Below are positions 1-15,600 of a stretch of DNA of 64,000 bases, piece after piece; positions within the stretch are counted from its first letter, which is position 1; the number at the start of each line of letters is the position of its first letter. Under the pieces are notes generated by a model. The model was not told where the DNA came from and made no database searches. It saw only the letters and a list, made by a program, of their open reading frames with translations. A program made the translations under genes and the position numbers. Source of the DNA: Torpedo marmorata (Eukaryota); contig OZ360241.1 in NCBI GenBank assembly GCA_977017645.1, forward strand, positions 56,172,001 to 56,236,000, read 5' to 3'.

Positions 1-39
1 TTAGATTGACCACAGTTGCTGTCAAATGTTTTTGTACAG

Positions 40-191
40 AACCTAATTTTATACACTTGGATGTGGTTCAAGAGAGTAAAGATGCTACCAACGAGGATGA
101 TGATAAGATCTACCTTTTCTTCAGTGAAACAGCTGTTGAGTTTGAATTCTACAATAAACTACTGGTTTCAAGAATTGCTCGAGTATGTAAG
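40..191 (+). CDS. Semaphorin-4 exon (Sema domain)
   Basis: tacag|AACCT...TGTAAG|gtaggt; [10 protein letters not shown]...[32 protein letters not shown]. Confidence 0.93.
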
Positions 192-3100
192 GTAGGTACA
201 GGCTATCCCCACTTTTGTGTGTGGGGGGAGGGGGGTTGCGGGTTTGCAATTGTGTTCCAAGAAAACTGGTTGTATCATTATTTTCTATAATGTGAAGCAG
301 TGACATCTAAATGTGTCAAGAAACGCAAGTTTAAAAATAAATTTTGTGTGGATTTATTTGGCTGCTTTTGCATAAGTTCTGTGTGAGCAAATTTTATTCC
401 ATATCTCCAATTTTAGGGTAATGATTTGTGAATTCTGTATGGGCAAATTTCTGTAACCCAATGGCCACAACATGGGGGTTGCCTGTATTCATTTTGCACT
501 TGGCTAAATTCTGCAGTTCTTCCAATTTTATTCTTAATGATAATGTAGGAGAGTTCTGCTGTGAGTTCCACAGTGAACTTCCACATCTGAGCATTAAGTT
601 CAAATCCTGCCCAGACAGATGAAATTAAAATATTTTTATGTGTGGAGGGACTCACAGCATTTAAACACGTCCAAATCAAATTTTAACACCAGTAAAACCA
701 ATAGGGACTATTAAGTAGGAAAAGGAGGGAGACAACTTGTATAAAGAACTGTGGCAAGTCATAGGATTTGAGTCTTATTCTGCACTTAATCTTATTTTAC
801 CAGAGCTGATTGTTGAAACTGGTCTCCTCTCAAACATTCGTGGTCTTCACACTAGTATAAAAAGGCTCTTAAAAATGTTTAGATAATGTTACAAATTCAA
901 ACCAGCAACGACAGAAAATGCAAAAGGAGTAAAATTGAAATTTATATTTATTAAAGACAATTAAACATATAATTTCTTAACAATTAACCCCACTATAAAC
1001 ATCTATAAAAACTATTCTTATCTAAAGAGTGTGTGAGTGTGTGTGTGTGTGTGTAAAGCCCAGACCGTTACAGTCTGTGCCCAACCCTCATGTAAAAATG
1101 GAAAACCTTCCCCAAAACCCCCAGGTCAGTCATAAAAATAAGTCAGTCCTAAAAATACAGTCCACAAAATTCACTCTCTATGTTCAGGGTCCAAATTCAG
1201 CTCTGTGCGCTGACACGAAGGACTTCTTAATGAACGTTGGAGAGAGAGACAATGACTGTTTAAGCTTACGAATGCTTGGTCTGCTTTTCTTCCCTGATGA
1301 CTTTCCCTTTTGGTAGGTGCACGAGGATTGCGATTCCAAATCAGTATACCACTGATTGAGCTGTATACTTGGATCTCACAGCCTGTCTCGCTGATCTCAT
1401 GCCTGTTCTCCACGAAAGTTGCTTTATATCAGGATTTTGCTGATACAAGAGGCCATGTGTTATTTTCCCAGTCTTTCTACTGGAATGCACAAGCCTGGTT
1501 TCTGGTGTTGTTGCTTCAGCCTTTTTCAACTCCAAACTGAATGCTTTTTGCAGAGGTTTGCACCTGCTTTTGCAAAAGGGCAACAAAGTATCTTTCCACC
1601 CTGTCTCTCTCTCTATGTGTCTCTCTCTCTGATCACAGCCAGTCCTGGGCAAGTTAACTCTTTCAGTACCTGGTCCCAGTGTTTACCCAAAAGGCGTCAT
1701 CCTTCCTGCTGACCGTCCGCAGTCCAAATGGTCAGTCATGGTCCATAACAATAAAAACACATCACATTTGTGGTATAACTCTCTGGTAGAATTACTATAC
1801 AGATTGGGTCACTGTTTTATTACATTTGCTGACAGTTCAGTAATTTTGTGATAGATTTGTGCGAGAGTGGGGAGGAAATAGTGAATGTGGTGAGTCTTGC
1901 CTCTTGGGAATACTACCTTGGGTTGCCAGTGGTTAACTAATTCTATATATTAAGGTCAATGAATAAGCATATGCGCTTGCCCATCCAGCTAAAGGAGACT
2001 GAAATGATAGCATGTATGAATGTGTTTCAAACCATCTTGGAAATCACTGGCCACTGCATACTGTTTTCAAATTAATTGTATTGACACATCAATCTAGATT
2101 AAAAATGTGTATTTTACACAAACAAAATATGAATCAGTTTCAAATGTATTTGAAATAAAAAAATCTTGGAATACTTACAGCAATATTTAGAGACAGAAAG
2201 AAACAGAATTAATTTTTCATATGTCTGACATTTTCACCAGGACCTTATCAACATTAATTTCCTTCCTCAACCATCCCCTACAGAATGGATTGGATAATCT
2301 ATGTGTGGAAGAGGATTTGTATTTTTTTGTTGGGAGAGGTGGAGTTAAACATCTCCAATCTATGGCATGACACTTGTTAATGTTTTAACAGAAATTGGAT
2401 ATATGGCATGCATGTACCTCAAAAATTGAAATTGGAAAGCTCAAGAATTCTAATGGTGACAAGAACCATAAGCATAGTAAGCTAGGAAAAAAGGAAAGAC
2501 TTGCATTAATTCAGGGCTTTTCATCATCTTGTGACATCATGCAATATCATAAAATTGAATCATTCCACTTGGTACCCTCTGCCATATCACTGCTAGAAGG
2601 CTAGCAGTTGGACAGATTCAGATTTATTACTAAAGCTATTGATAAGAACTTGAAGTGAGTTTCTGATTCTTGCCTATTTTTATCTCAGGGGGATCTAGGT
2701 GGCCAGCGAACTCTCCAAAGAAAGTGGACCACCTTTCTGAAAGCCAGCCTAATGTGTTCTGCTCCTGAGATAAACTTTCCATTTAATGTCATTCAAGATG
2801 TCTTTGTGTTGAGGGCTGCAAACTGGAGAGACAATATTTTTTATGCAGTTTTTACTCCACAGTGGTAAGAATAAACAGTGATTTACAAGCCAAGCAAATT
2901 GTGTTGCTCAGATTTGTGTAATTAAAGTTAAGGAATTAAAGGTTAATAGTTTCCTTGTTCTGTTTTTTAAAAATGTAGACATACAGCGCAGTAACAGGCC
3001 CTTTCGGCCCACGAGCCCGTGCTGCCCAATTACACTCAATTGACCTACAACCCCCAATACGTTTTGAAGGGTGGGAGGAAACCAGAGCCCCCGGGGAAAA

Positions 3101-3645
3101 CCCACGCAGACATGTGGGTTACAGACAGACAGCACGGGATTCGAACCCCGACCCGATTGCTGGCGCTGTAACAGTGTTGCACTAACCACTACACTAACCG
3201 TGCCGACCCTATTGTTTTTTTTCTTGCCTTAGATCCAGCCTTAACATATCACTTTTAACTCTTCAGAAGAATATTACAGTTGGCTGTACAGGACATTTAT
3301 GAAATTCTTGGTGTTTCACAATTTTATATGGATTTATTGTTTTATTGATAAAATGATGAGGAGATTTCTGCCAATCCCATCCCTTATTGTCTATGGGAGT
3401 ATGGTGATGAACCATCTTCTTGAATTGCTACAGTCCATGTGGCGAAGACACTCCCACGATGCTCACTCTTTTAGTCTGGGATACAGGCCTGGATTAACTA
3501 TTAAGCAAAATAAGCACGTGTTTAGGGTACTAAGGGAAGGGGGCACCACAGAGTTTTTTCCAGTGCCGGATTTACCATGGTGCAGCTGAACAAGGGCCCC
3601 ACAAAAAGGGGGCCCCCACAATAAATGAAAAAAAAACATATACCG

Positions 3646-3678
<33 letters not shown>

Positions 3679-6600
3679 GGTATATATATATATATATATA
3701 TATATACAGGTTATATTTAATATAGTTGTGGGGTCTGGCCTGGAAGAAAACTGAATTTTTAATCTATTATTTCACATTCAGCACTTATTGAGTCTTAATG
3801 TCTTGTCAGTTAGACATTGGAAAGGTCGAGGGAGAACCATTGTTGGGTTGTGCTTAGGGCATCAGTTGGCCTTAATCCGGCCCTGCTGGGATATGATTGT
3901 CGAAATGAACACTGTTTGTGTCGTGATCTTAGAACATTCTGTGTTACCAGAATTGATAAGAAAATTGTTAGACCAGATTGATAAACAAATTTGGTCCTAT
4001 TGTTACCCAAAATTCCCCAAAATGCTCTGTTTTTTAAAAAAAAAAAGGGTACTGAACAATAATCAATATCAGGAATTCTGTATTTACTTTTTGTTTCCAC
4101 TCTCACCCCTAAGATATTAATGACAATTTTAGTAGCCTAAATTCTATCCTGATTAAGGATAATTAATTCAGTACAACTAGAGAATGGAATATGAAATCAA
4201 GTCTCTTGGATTGATTGAGACTGAACACTGAAAAGGAATTGTAGATTGTTTTTGATGTGGGATGGGATGTATGTTGACAGAATCTTCATTTGGGAAGGGA
4301 AGAAGGTAAACAAGCAGAATGCCTATGAATCAGGAAACAAGGGTAAACAAAGGTGTACTGGGGATTGGGTGGACAACAAAGATTTGAGGTTGAAGGACTG
4401 ATAGGCAAAGAAGAGGAAGATGCAGGTTAAATTACATTAAAAAAAAAAAAATTATTTACAGAATGGTAAAAGCCGATTCTGGCCATTTAAACTCGTGCCT
4501 CCCAATTACACCCAAATTAACCTACAGCCACATATGTTTTGGAGGGTGGGAAGAAACCGGAGCACCCAGGGAAAACCCATGCAGACACGGGGAGAATGTA
4601 CAAACTCCTTACAGACAGCGCCAGATTCAAACCCAGGTCGCTGCCGCTGTAATAGCTGAATACTAACCATGCTGCCCAGGTGTGGGGGTACTTTCATTGT
4701 GGGGGACAGCAATAGGATGAGGAAAGAAACATTGCAGCAGTGCAGTTCTATTCGTCCGTGTGATGATGGGTGACCTTAGCACAATGTGAACCAAATACCC
4801 CTGTGAAGCACATCGTGGTAAGTGCTCAGTTGGATTTGATGCAAAAAGAACCAAAAATGGCCATTACTTTCTATCACTGAGATAAAGAATAATTTTTCTA
4901 TTGAATGATGCTGAAAAAATTAAGTTATTGAATTTTCAATCAAATAAATGCATCTGAAGTTGTGGAGTGCCAAGGGCCAATGACTAATAAAACTAGAACA
5001 GTTAATATATATCAATGATCTAGATGATGGGGTGGTAAACTGGATTAGTAAATATGCAGATGATACTAAGATAGGTGGAATAGTGGATAATGAAGAAGGT
5101 TTTCAAGGATTGCAGAGGGATTTGGGCTGCTTAGAAAGGTGAGCTGAAAAATGGCAGATGGAGTTTAATGCTGATAAGTGTGAGGTGCTTCATTTTGGTA
5201 AGAAGAATCAGAACAGGACATATGTAGTAAATGGGAGAGCATTGATGAATACAGAAGAGCAGAAAGATTTAGGAATAACGGTGCATCGTTCCCTGAAGGT
5301 GGAAACTCATGTGAATAGGGTGGTGAAGAAGGCTTTTAGTATGCTGGCCTTTATCAATCATTGCATAGAATATAGGAGTTGGGAAGTGATGTTGAGATTA
5401 TATAAGGCTTTGGTGCGGCCTAATTTAGAGTTCTGTGTGCAGTTCTGGTCGCCAAATTATAGGAAGGATATCAACAAAGTGGAGAGAGTGCAGAGAAGGT
5501 TTACCAGAATGTTACCTGGGTTTAAGAATCTAGAGTACAAGGAGAGATTGAGCATATTAGGTCTTTATTCTTTGGAGCGTAGAAGGTTGAGAGGGGATTT
5601 GATAGAGGTATTTAAAATTATGAAAGGGATAGACAGAGTGGATGTGGATAGACTATTTCCATTAAGAGTAGGAGAGATTGAAACAAGAGGACATGAGCTA
5701 AGAGTTAAGGGGCAGAGGTTTAGAGGTAACATGAGGGGGAACTTCTTTACTCAGAGAGTGGTAGCGGTGTGGAATGAGCTTCCGGGAGAAGTAGTGGCGG
5801 CAGAGTCAATTTTATTATTTAAGAAAAAGTTGGACAAGTATATGGATGAGAAGGAAGTGGAGGGTTATGGGCAGGGTGCAGGTAGGTTGGACTAGATAGG
5901 AATGTTTGGTTTGGTGCGGACTAGAAGGGCCTAATGGCCTGTTTCCGTGCTGTAATTGTTATATGGTTATATAATATCACTGAAGAGAAAATACTTGGGA
6001 ATTGAAGATTACCAAATCCTCATATGGATCCCCAGGGTTCGAAAAGAGGTGACTGAGGAAATAGTAAAGGATGAGCAAACATTTTCCAAAATTCATCAGG
6101 TTCTATAATAATTCCTTTAATATTTTGAAAATTTAAGAGAAAGGGAGATAATTTGCAAAAAAAAAAGGATTTAACGAGGATTAAGGGGAACGATTGAATA
6201 TGGTATATCTGGATTTTGAAAAGGCTTTTAGTAAGCTACTAAAATAATATTACTGCATAAAATGTCTCACATATTGATGTAATATATTAACATGGATAGC
6301 AGTTAAAGGGAAAAAATAGAGAAGGAATAACTGGGTCATTTTCAGGCTGGCAAGCTGTGATTAATGAAGAGCCATAGGGCTCAACTAATCACAATATATT
6401 GTCATGACACAGCTGAAAAGACAGTGTAACTTAAAAGTTGGATGATACAAAGTTAGATGGAAAATGAGATGTGAGAAAATACAGAGACTGCAAAAGAATA
6501 CAGAGTGAGTAAACGAGGAAGAGATAAATGGAGGAATAGAACCCTATTTAAAAATAAATAAAACTAGCAATTATACAGTGGAATTGAGCATGTAGAACAA

Positions 6601-9600
6601 ATAATTAGAATAGCGAATAGCATAAGCCTTTATTGCAAGGGAGTTAAAGTATAAGAGAAAGAAACTCTGAATGCAACTTTTTGGGGATTTGCTGTGGTGA
6701 ATCAGACTGGAAGCCCTGGTTGGTGACTTAAATTTTCCTTCCAATAAAAATGAGTACAATTACAATGTCCCACTTGTTAGATCAGTTAAACAGCACCAAC
6801 CAGGAATTATGACTGCTTTCCAACTTTTTGTTCTTTTTTCAGCTGTCCAGCATTTGCAGTATTTTATAATTTGTTACTTTGCTCTTCTTGTCTCTTAATC
6901 ATTTATTTTATTGCAGCATTATTTTTACTTTGCAAATGCCAATTTACTTTGTCAGTGTTGACTTTTTCATCTTTCAGCAAGGAACCGGTCAGACCAAACG
7001 TGCCTGGAGAACATGTTGCAGTGTGTTTGTGCTGGTTGTTCTCTTTTGTTGGGGGGTGGGGAAAGAGTGTGACTTGAGTGGAGAGAAAAAAAATAACTAT
7101 TTTGCATTTATCTCACTGAATCAATAAAGTTCAGAATTATCTAATTTCATCGTTATATTAACAATGAGATAAATGATTGGTGTTTTAAAATTGAATAAAG
7201 TCTGTCAGCAATTAATAATAGGGATAATATAGAGAAAATTGTGTTCATCAGGAATTGTCCTATGATAAAGCTATAATGTAACACTTGATTGTTTAGGGGA
7301 AAACAGGACATTTCTGCAGTTTGTGCCTTCAGAATGTCAAAAATTCAGGAGGTGTTCAATGAAGGAAAATTCAAGTCACCTATAACAGTGGAACAATCTC
7401 GCGTCAAGTGGATGATGTACAGTGGAACAATTCCTGTCCCTCGGCCAGGTGCTGTAAGTATTAAAACTTTCCTTGAATGGAAATACATCTTTATAGTAAT
7501 TTAAGAGCTGGAGTATTTTTCCATGCTTTTCCACATTATACTGGATGTTTATTTTTTCATTCTACAAGGAATAATTTTGAATTCATCTGCAAGGCGATTT
7601 GAATGAGTTCAGGTATTGAGTTATTGCACTGCTGAATACTTGGGATGCTTTCCCAGGAATGAAGGCATGAATGGAATCAAACACCAAAAGGGGCCATTAT
7701 ATCTTTATACCAGATTCCAGCATCTGCATTCTTTTATCTCCATTTGGTATGTGCACTTCATAGGCCAGGGTATTGAGTGCAAGAGTTGGGATGTCATGTT
7801 ACAGCTGCACAAAATATTGGTTTGATGGTATTTGGAGTATTATGTATAGTTCTGGACACCACACTACAGGAAGAATATGATAGTAGTAGAGAGGGTGCAG
7901 AGAGAGATTCACCAGGATGTTTTCTGCAATGGAGAGCTTAGATAAGTTTTTTTTTTCACACTGGAATGCAGAAGTTGAGAGATGTGATCTTTATAGAGGT
8001 TTGTAAAATTTCGAGGAGCATAGATAGATGGTTGGAGTCTTTTTCAAAGGGCAGTGATGTTTAGAACTCGAGGGCACAGGTCCAAGATGAAAGGAGAAGA
8101 AAGTTAAAGGAGATCTGAGTGGTAACTTTTGCCTCACAAAGGTGGTGTTTATCTGAAACAGGCTGCCAGTGCAGGTAGTAGAAGCATGCATTTTCAACAT
8201 TTAAAATGCATTTGGACAGGTGCTTAGATAAGAAAGGTATGGAATAATGAGGACCTAATGCAGACAAATTGAATTTGACATCATGGTCAGCATGGACAAA
8301 GTGGACAGAGTGTGTCTGTGCTTATAATTTTATGATTCTATGGTAACAAGCTGAACTGAGAGTGGAGATGGCAATTTTCATCATATCCAATAGGCAGTGA
8401 TGAGCCAGATGGATGATAGGATCTAGTCAAACTACAACATGTGGAGCCGGTGCTGCCTGCATCCAGCATTGGATACACTAACAGTGCTGGCCATAATGAA
8501 GCCCAGAGTCCTGCATCTGAGCATTGATTGACTGCACCACTCACCAGCCTGCCGAATAACAGCCCTCACAGGCAACTCTCCATACCCATCCTAGGGCAGT
8601 TCATTACTAGGGGGAGAGCCAGATCCCCATTACCATGTTCCTGGCACAACAATGTGCAGCAACAAAAAGGAAGAGGTTTGTTCCGGGTTTATAACACAGA
8701 AGTGCACAACCTGAGAGGATGCCTTTTTTTAAAAAGAAGTACAAAGGGATATATGCCAATAAGTGTTTGGACTGGAGGACCAAGAGTGTTGCATCGAATC
8801 CGTGCTCTGTTGGGAAATATTAAGCAGGGTCTTGATTCACTGTGATATAAATGGTTATAAATTTGGGTTGATCATGAGCACTGACCTGAAAGTTCACATT
8901 CAGATCCATTGAAGTCACTGAACGTCATGTGGGAGTTCAACCTGTGACTGATTATCTGGCACTTTTTTAACACAAATTACCAAAGACTAATATGTATCCT
9001 ATAAACTTTTTTTTCTTCTCATTTTCTATTTGAGCAGATGAACTGATCCATGGCAAGTACAACTTCACAAAAGATTGACTCAACCAGCCAATCCTCATTT
9101 ACAACTTTGAGTAAACGTTCATTGCATACATACCAATCCAGGATCTTTTTTCAAATGTGTTTCTGTGCAATGCATTCCAGCATACCAGTGATTAGTTGTC
9201 AGAACTGTAGCCCTGGTGCTTTACTACTGTGTCAAATGTGATAGTTTATTTGATTTCTCATATCATTAATTCAGCAGAAATCAACCATCTCAGACAGATC
9301 ACAAAAACTGGAATCTTTTTATAAAGTTCTGAAATAATAACTTGTCTTACATCCCAAATAACAAAAAGAGGTTTCTATGTTCTGTGTTGATTATCTAGAG
9401 TAATTTTCTGTCCAGCTGCATTTTGGCAATTTGTGCTATTAAATCAAACCTGAGCATTTAAGCCACAAAATTGAATATGTAAAATAAAACAAATGTATTT
9501 TGATCATTAATCATTTTAGCAAACTTCACTAAAATGTCTAAAATATGAAGAATATCAGTGAAGTAGCTTGAGCATGAAATGTCATATACACAGGTACAAT

Positions 9601-12600
9601 GTACAGATGCAATGAAATTCTTGCTGCAGCCAAACAGGTAAATACGATACACAACTACAATAGTAAAAATTAAATTACCACAATATGCTAAGACAGAAAA
9701 AAGATAATAAATATCAAAGGATTGATACATAATATTCATAGTTGTAATTAGTGCAAGTAAAGAAAGTGACATTTCAGTAGAGCAGACAGATCTTTTGGTG
9801 ATATACCGAACTGTAAAGACCAGAAAAGTTATTCAGGATTGATCACAGACATTTTCAAGTTGTGACAAGGGTACCTTCCATTTTGTCTCAAGCTCCTTTG
9901 ATTTGGATTGGGGAAATTCATTTGTGTTTTCCACACCTGAACACTCACTGACTCTTAACTTTGAGCTCAGATGTGTGATTGTTGAGTACAGTAAGATAAC
10001 TGCTTAGCTCTGATTCCACAGAAGAAGCCAGGCAACATTCATTTCTCAGATTCTTACAAGAACCACTGCTCGCCCACATGACAATCCTCTAATTTGAGCC
10101 AGCACGTTCAATAGATGAGAATGCTTTACTATAGTACAAAGAGAAAAAAGGATTGTATCCAACAATACCAACTCTATCTAATTTTTACAAATAATGTGTG
10201 TATATTATCTTAAGGATTTTAAGTTTGTAACAATTGAAGGCTCAACTAATCCGGCAACTTTTCTGTTTTTCCCATAGTGTATCAACAGTAATATCCGTAA
10301 GAGTGGCTTCAAGACATCCCTAGATCTGCCAGACAAAACACTCCAGTTTGTTAGAGATCACCCTTTAATGGATGATTTAGTGACCCCCATAAACAATCGA
10401 CCCAAATTAATGAAGCAAGGTGTAAAGTACACCCAGATAGCTGTGGATAGAGTTATGGCTGCAAACCTGAAAGAATATGATGTTATTTTTCTGGGAACAG
10501 GTAAATTATTTACTGTGCAAGTAAGTTATTTTCTGCGGAAATACTATACTGCCAATCCGGTTTTACAGCGTTAAACTGACATTTTCATTTTAATTGTTCA
10601 TCAGAAAATGCTACCTTACTATGGATTAATTGCCTCCTTGGAGAATGACTTACAGAAGATTTGAAACTAGTTTACTCAGAAAATTTGCCTAATATTGAGA
10701 CCTGTATTATGCATAATATTGACTAACACTGGACTTCATGTATTGATTCAATTAAATTATGATAATGAGTTTATTGTCATGTACATTGTACAATGCATAT
10801 GTGCACAAAAATTCTTGCTGCAACCAAACAGGTACTTTATTTAAAAAACTACAATATAAAACACAATTTGAATTAAAATGAGGCAATAAATACAAAAGGT
10901 AATAAATGATAAACATTCAGTCATTGTAGTGCAAGAAAAATGTGACTTTGCAGTAGTGCAGATAGTCCTTTTGTGGTGTTGGAGAAGATCATGATTAGTG
11001 TAATAGAAGGAGGATCAAGAGCCTGATAGCTGTTGGAAATAAACCATTCTTGAACCTGGAGGATCTGGTCTTCAGGGTTCTGTACCTTCTGCCTGAAGGT
11101 AGCAATGAGAAGAGGTTGTGACCAGTGAGATGGAAGCCCTTTATGATGATGGCTGCCTTCCTGAGGCAGCGCCTCATGTAGATATCTTCAATGGATGGGA
11201 GGTCAAAGCCTGTGATGGGCCTGCATTGATTGAAGAGTGTACGTCTTGACATTTGGGTAGTAATTCTCATCTAAGCTTGCTGTACTACCACTAATCAAAA
11301 TAAATGTTACAAAATTATATCTCATTTTTTTCCATGTATATTTAGCAATAACCAATTTGCCTCCATTAAGCCAAGTTTAGAATGGGTTGCATGTAGAACA
11401 TGGCTCGTGCTACACCACTTTAGTGCTTAATTCTCTTGTGTAAACCAAATTAAATGTATTTGTCATTTTACTGATGAATCACTAATGCTGTGGGTAGCTT
11501 TTTGATAACTTCTTGTGGACTCATTCATTTTCTATTGTCTGTGTTTTTGATTGCATAATTGATTTTTTTAAACTGCTCCTTTTTACTCAAAAAGGACTGC
11601 AATTATCTGCTGTGTAAGTACAGCCAAGTGTCAGTGGGGACTACACAAGTTTGACTCCTGAGTTTTCCAAGTGGGAATCTCTGGGAACTGATTAGAGATG
11701 GTCCTAACCAGTAATTGTACTTGTTCCATAATGCAAAACAATATCTCTGACATATAATAGGAATATGACACAAATCTTTTCTATTGACTTTAATGAAATC
11801 CTTTAATTAAAGGATTAAATTAATTTATGAAACCTGGTTTCAGATTTAAGAGAGCATGTTAATCATTTATTTAGGCTTGGGTAGAACAACATTAAAACAG
11901 ATTATTATGTCACTATTATATAGTTCTATGTGGTAACTTTGCACAAATTGAATGCTGCATTTCCTTCATTACAATAATGACTGCACTTATAGAATGTATT
12001 GGAATGTTCTGCAATGGATGTGAAAGACACTGCAGAAATGCAGTTTCTTCCTAAATCAAGTAGTTGCATTGCAAAACTGTGCTCAAATTCCCTATGAGAT
12101 TGGATGGTTAAGGTCACTGGCAAGTGGAAGGAAGCTGTAAAGGGTCCCATAGAAGGAATTTGGCTAAAGTTTCTGTTAGTAACTTGAAAATAAGTTCCTC
12201 CTGGAAAGTGTATGCAAAGATTAAAACAGTGTTCTTTGTAAAATTGTGCTATATTGTGCCTAATACAGGTGCCTAACCTTTTATCCGAAAACCTTGGGAC
12301 CGGACACTTTTCGGAATTCGGATTTTTTTGGATTATAGAATTATTTTAACGGCAGTACTTTTAAATAATTGCGTTGCTTCAGATTCGTGCAAAACAAAGA
12401 CACACTCCAACTAGAAGGGTTTCTGGGTGGCGGCGTTGGATGGTGGGGGGTTGCGGTGGCGCTGGACAGGGGTGTTCGCGATGGCGCTGGACGGGGGTGT
12501 TCGCGGCGGCGCTGGACAGGGGTGTTCGCGGAGGTGCTACACGGGGTGTTCTCGGCGGCGCTGGACGGGGGTGTTCGCGGCGGCGCTGGGTCGCGGTGGC

Positions 12601-15600
12601 CCTGGACGGGGGGGGGGGGGTTCTCTGCGGTGCTGGATGGGGGGGTTGCAGCGGCGCTAAAAGGGGGTGTTCACGGCAGCAATGGATGGGGGTGTTTGCA
12701 GCGGCGTTCTCGGCGGCGCTGGACAGGTGTGTTCACGGGGGTGTTCACGGCGGCGTTCGCCACGGCGCTGCACAGGCGTATTCATGGTGGCACTGGATGG
12801 TGGTGTTTGCGGCGGCGCTGGACGGGGGGTTCGCTGTGGTGCTGGATGGGGGGGTTGCAGCGGCGCTATACGGGGGTGTTCGCGGCGGCAATGGTCAGGG
12901 GTGTTCGCGGCGGCGGTGCACAGGTGTGTTCACGGTGGCGCTTGCCGGGGGTGTTCACGGCGGCACTGGACGAGGGGGTTGCAGCGGCGCTGGAAGGGGG
13001 TGTTCGCAGCGGAGCTGGACGGGGGGGGGGGGGTGGTAAATGAAGTGAGATAAAGATAGACCATAAAATTACTAGCGTACTTTTTATTTTTAAGTAAAAC
13101 ATACAGTAAAACTTCAAACATTAACTGGCTCAAACTAAGCTAAACACCTGAAAATATACTGGAAAAAATGTTTGGTTTTCGGAATTTCGGATAAAAGATT
13201 GGGCACCTGTAATGCATTCTGTTTCACCCAGAAGCTATGTAACCTCTCAGGATCTGTGAAAAAAGGGATCATTAAGAAAAAAAAATCTTGAAAATTCCTT
13301 ACCTTCTGCTCAGGTGATCAAAACTTGTCCAGGAGAAAACTTTAGCTGTGATAAATATTATATAATTCCTGCCCCTATATTGGGAGATCTCTATCCAGCC
13401 AGAAAGAGATCAGGTCTCACTTGAAGGAACTTAAAAACTGTGTTTGCCGTGGGTCCACTAATCTCTTGCAAAATAAGTACCTTCTGGCATTGAACAAAAT
13501 TTGAGAATAGGACCCTGACTTTTTTCCTGGCCTATCTGTATAAAATAATTTGTCTACACAAATCTGATCAAATCCTTTCATGACATTAAGTCCTGCACGT
13601 TTATTGAAAACAGGATTGCCATTTGTATCTGCTGCCCATGATAAAGATTCACATGGGATAAGTTCATGTATTTAAAACTAACTACCACAGTACTGTAAAT
13701 TTTCTTTTCTTGTTCTTTGCACTTTAGTTCCTCCTTTTTGGCAGAAAAGAGACCAACTCATGGGCAGGTGATTGGCAAAGAAATTACCATGAGGCCCAAG
13801 ATTTGTTGATTTCATTAAATTGAGTATAATACCCTACCTTGTTGAAAAGAAGCAGGTAAATGTCACCCATTAGACCAAATCCAGTTTTGTGGCAGTACAT
13901 GGGCCTCATTACTTCTGGTTTGAGTTTTACAAAGGTTCAGTGGAGTGAATTATAATTTTTGGGATACATCAGAAGGATTCAATTATGAGGATGTATTTCT
14001 TCATGATCATATTCAAAATCTGCATGTTAATGTACCTGTGTTCTTTTCCAGATAATGGATACCTACATAAAGCCCTGAGCTTGGAAAGTGAAATGTTTAT
14101 TATCGAGGAGGTGCAGCTATTTCTTTCTGAAGAGCCAGTACAAAACTTACAAATTTCTTCAAAAAGGGTATAACAAGAACAGTCAAATATTTTTGCTTTT
14201 GTGGTGTTCTACTTTGAATATGGATTTCATTTAACAATGTATCAATTTCACAACTTTCATTTGTCTCCAAGGGTCAGTTGTACGTTGGGTCCCCATCACT
14301 GGTGGTACAAGTGCCTGTTGCCATTTGTACTCATCATCTCAATTGTTGGGACTGTGTACTGTCGAGAGACCCTTACTGTGGATGGAATAAAACTACAAGC
14401 CAATGTGTTTACATTTCAAAGAAAAGTATTGATAGCAAGTGAGTAAATCATGTAAGACTATGAATATTTTGTGCCAGATTTTTAAATTAATTTGTCATCA
14501 TTTGGAGGTGTAAACCTGCGCATTGATAAGGTCAGGACTACTTAAATGAAGAACTTTTTTTATTTGTGGGTGCAGTGTTTTTTGTATAGAGGGTTTTGTT
14601 TTAATATTTGTTTTTATCTTTAGGAACATAGTTCAGAATATAGAGAATGGAGATCCGTCAAAATGTCCTAGCCTTGGTACGTTCCGTAGCTATATGGTAT
14701 GCTCCATAGATATGGCTTAAATTCTGTGTTGTCGTCTTTTTCCATAGCCTTGTCTTCCACCTCTCTGCCTCATCAACCTCATCCACACCTGGAGCTCCCT
14801 GGGCTATTTCCTCAAAATTTCAAAAGTTGTGTATATTTAATATTGTACATTTCAGGAGGTTTGCCAAAGTAGTGACATAATCCTGCAAACAAAATGATGT
14901 TAAGTAACAGATGTATTAAAATGGCCCATTTAACTACAGTTCAGAGTCTTGCTCAACAGAAATCAGTTTTTCCCTGTATTGAGCCTTCAACTTGGACATG
15001 GGTTTATGCTAGGTGGTCCAGTTTCCTTCCAAAGAAATGCTGGCAGGTTAATTGCCAACTGTAATTTGCACTTGGGTGTAGATATGAAGCAACAACAAAA
15101 AAACAAAACAAAAAGAGAAGTGTATGGACATAAGAAAGACAAAATATTCCAGTGCTATAAGGAAATAGGATGATAAAGATTGCTCTGCTCGGAGCTGGCA
15201 GGGACCCAAGTGGTTGAATTGCCAATGCCTTTGTAACATTAACACTAGCTTGATTGATCTATGTTCTGTGAAAAGAGGTTCTATGGTAGTGGCAGCAAGA
15301 AGGCAGGTGGAGGTAAGGGACTTAACACACCCAGAAGGAAGGTGGTATCTTCCTTGATCCTGGATGTGTTATGTGCCCTACCCTCACAGGGAATCCATGT
15401 CATGAAGTATAGTCTTGGCAGTACAAAATGAAGAATTGGCAGGAAGTGAGAGGGCAAGTCATTCTGCACTATTTTTTTGCTATTTTACAAGTTTCAATGA
15501 GCAGATATGAACTTGTGTGCAGATTCACCCCTTCAACAAATGCTGCATTTCCCAAATGCTGGCAAATGAATTGTTGGGGAATAATTTGTTAAAATTAAAA

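Noticed and set aside
12369-13053. Overlapping 128-224 aa Gly/Arg-rich ORFs
   Set aside because: They are translations of the GC-rich minisatellite, open in all three frames, with no domain
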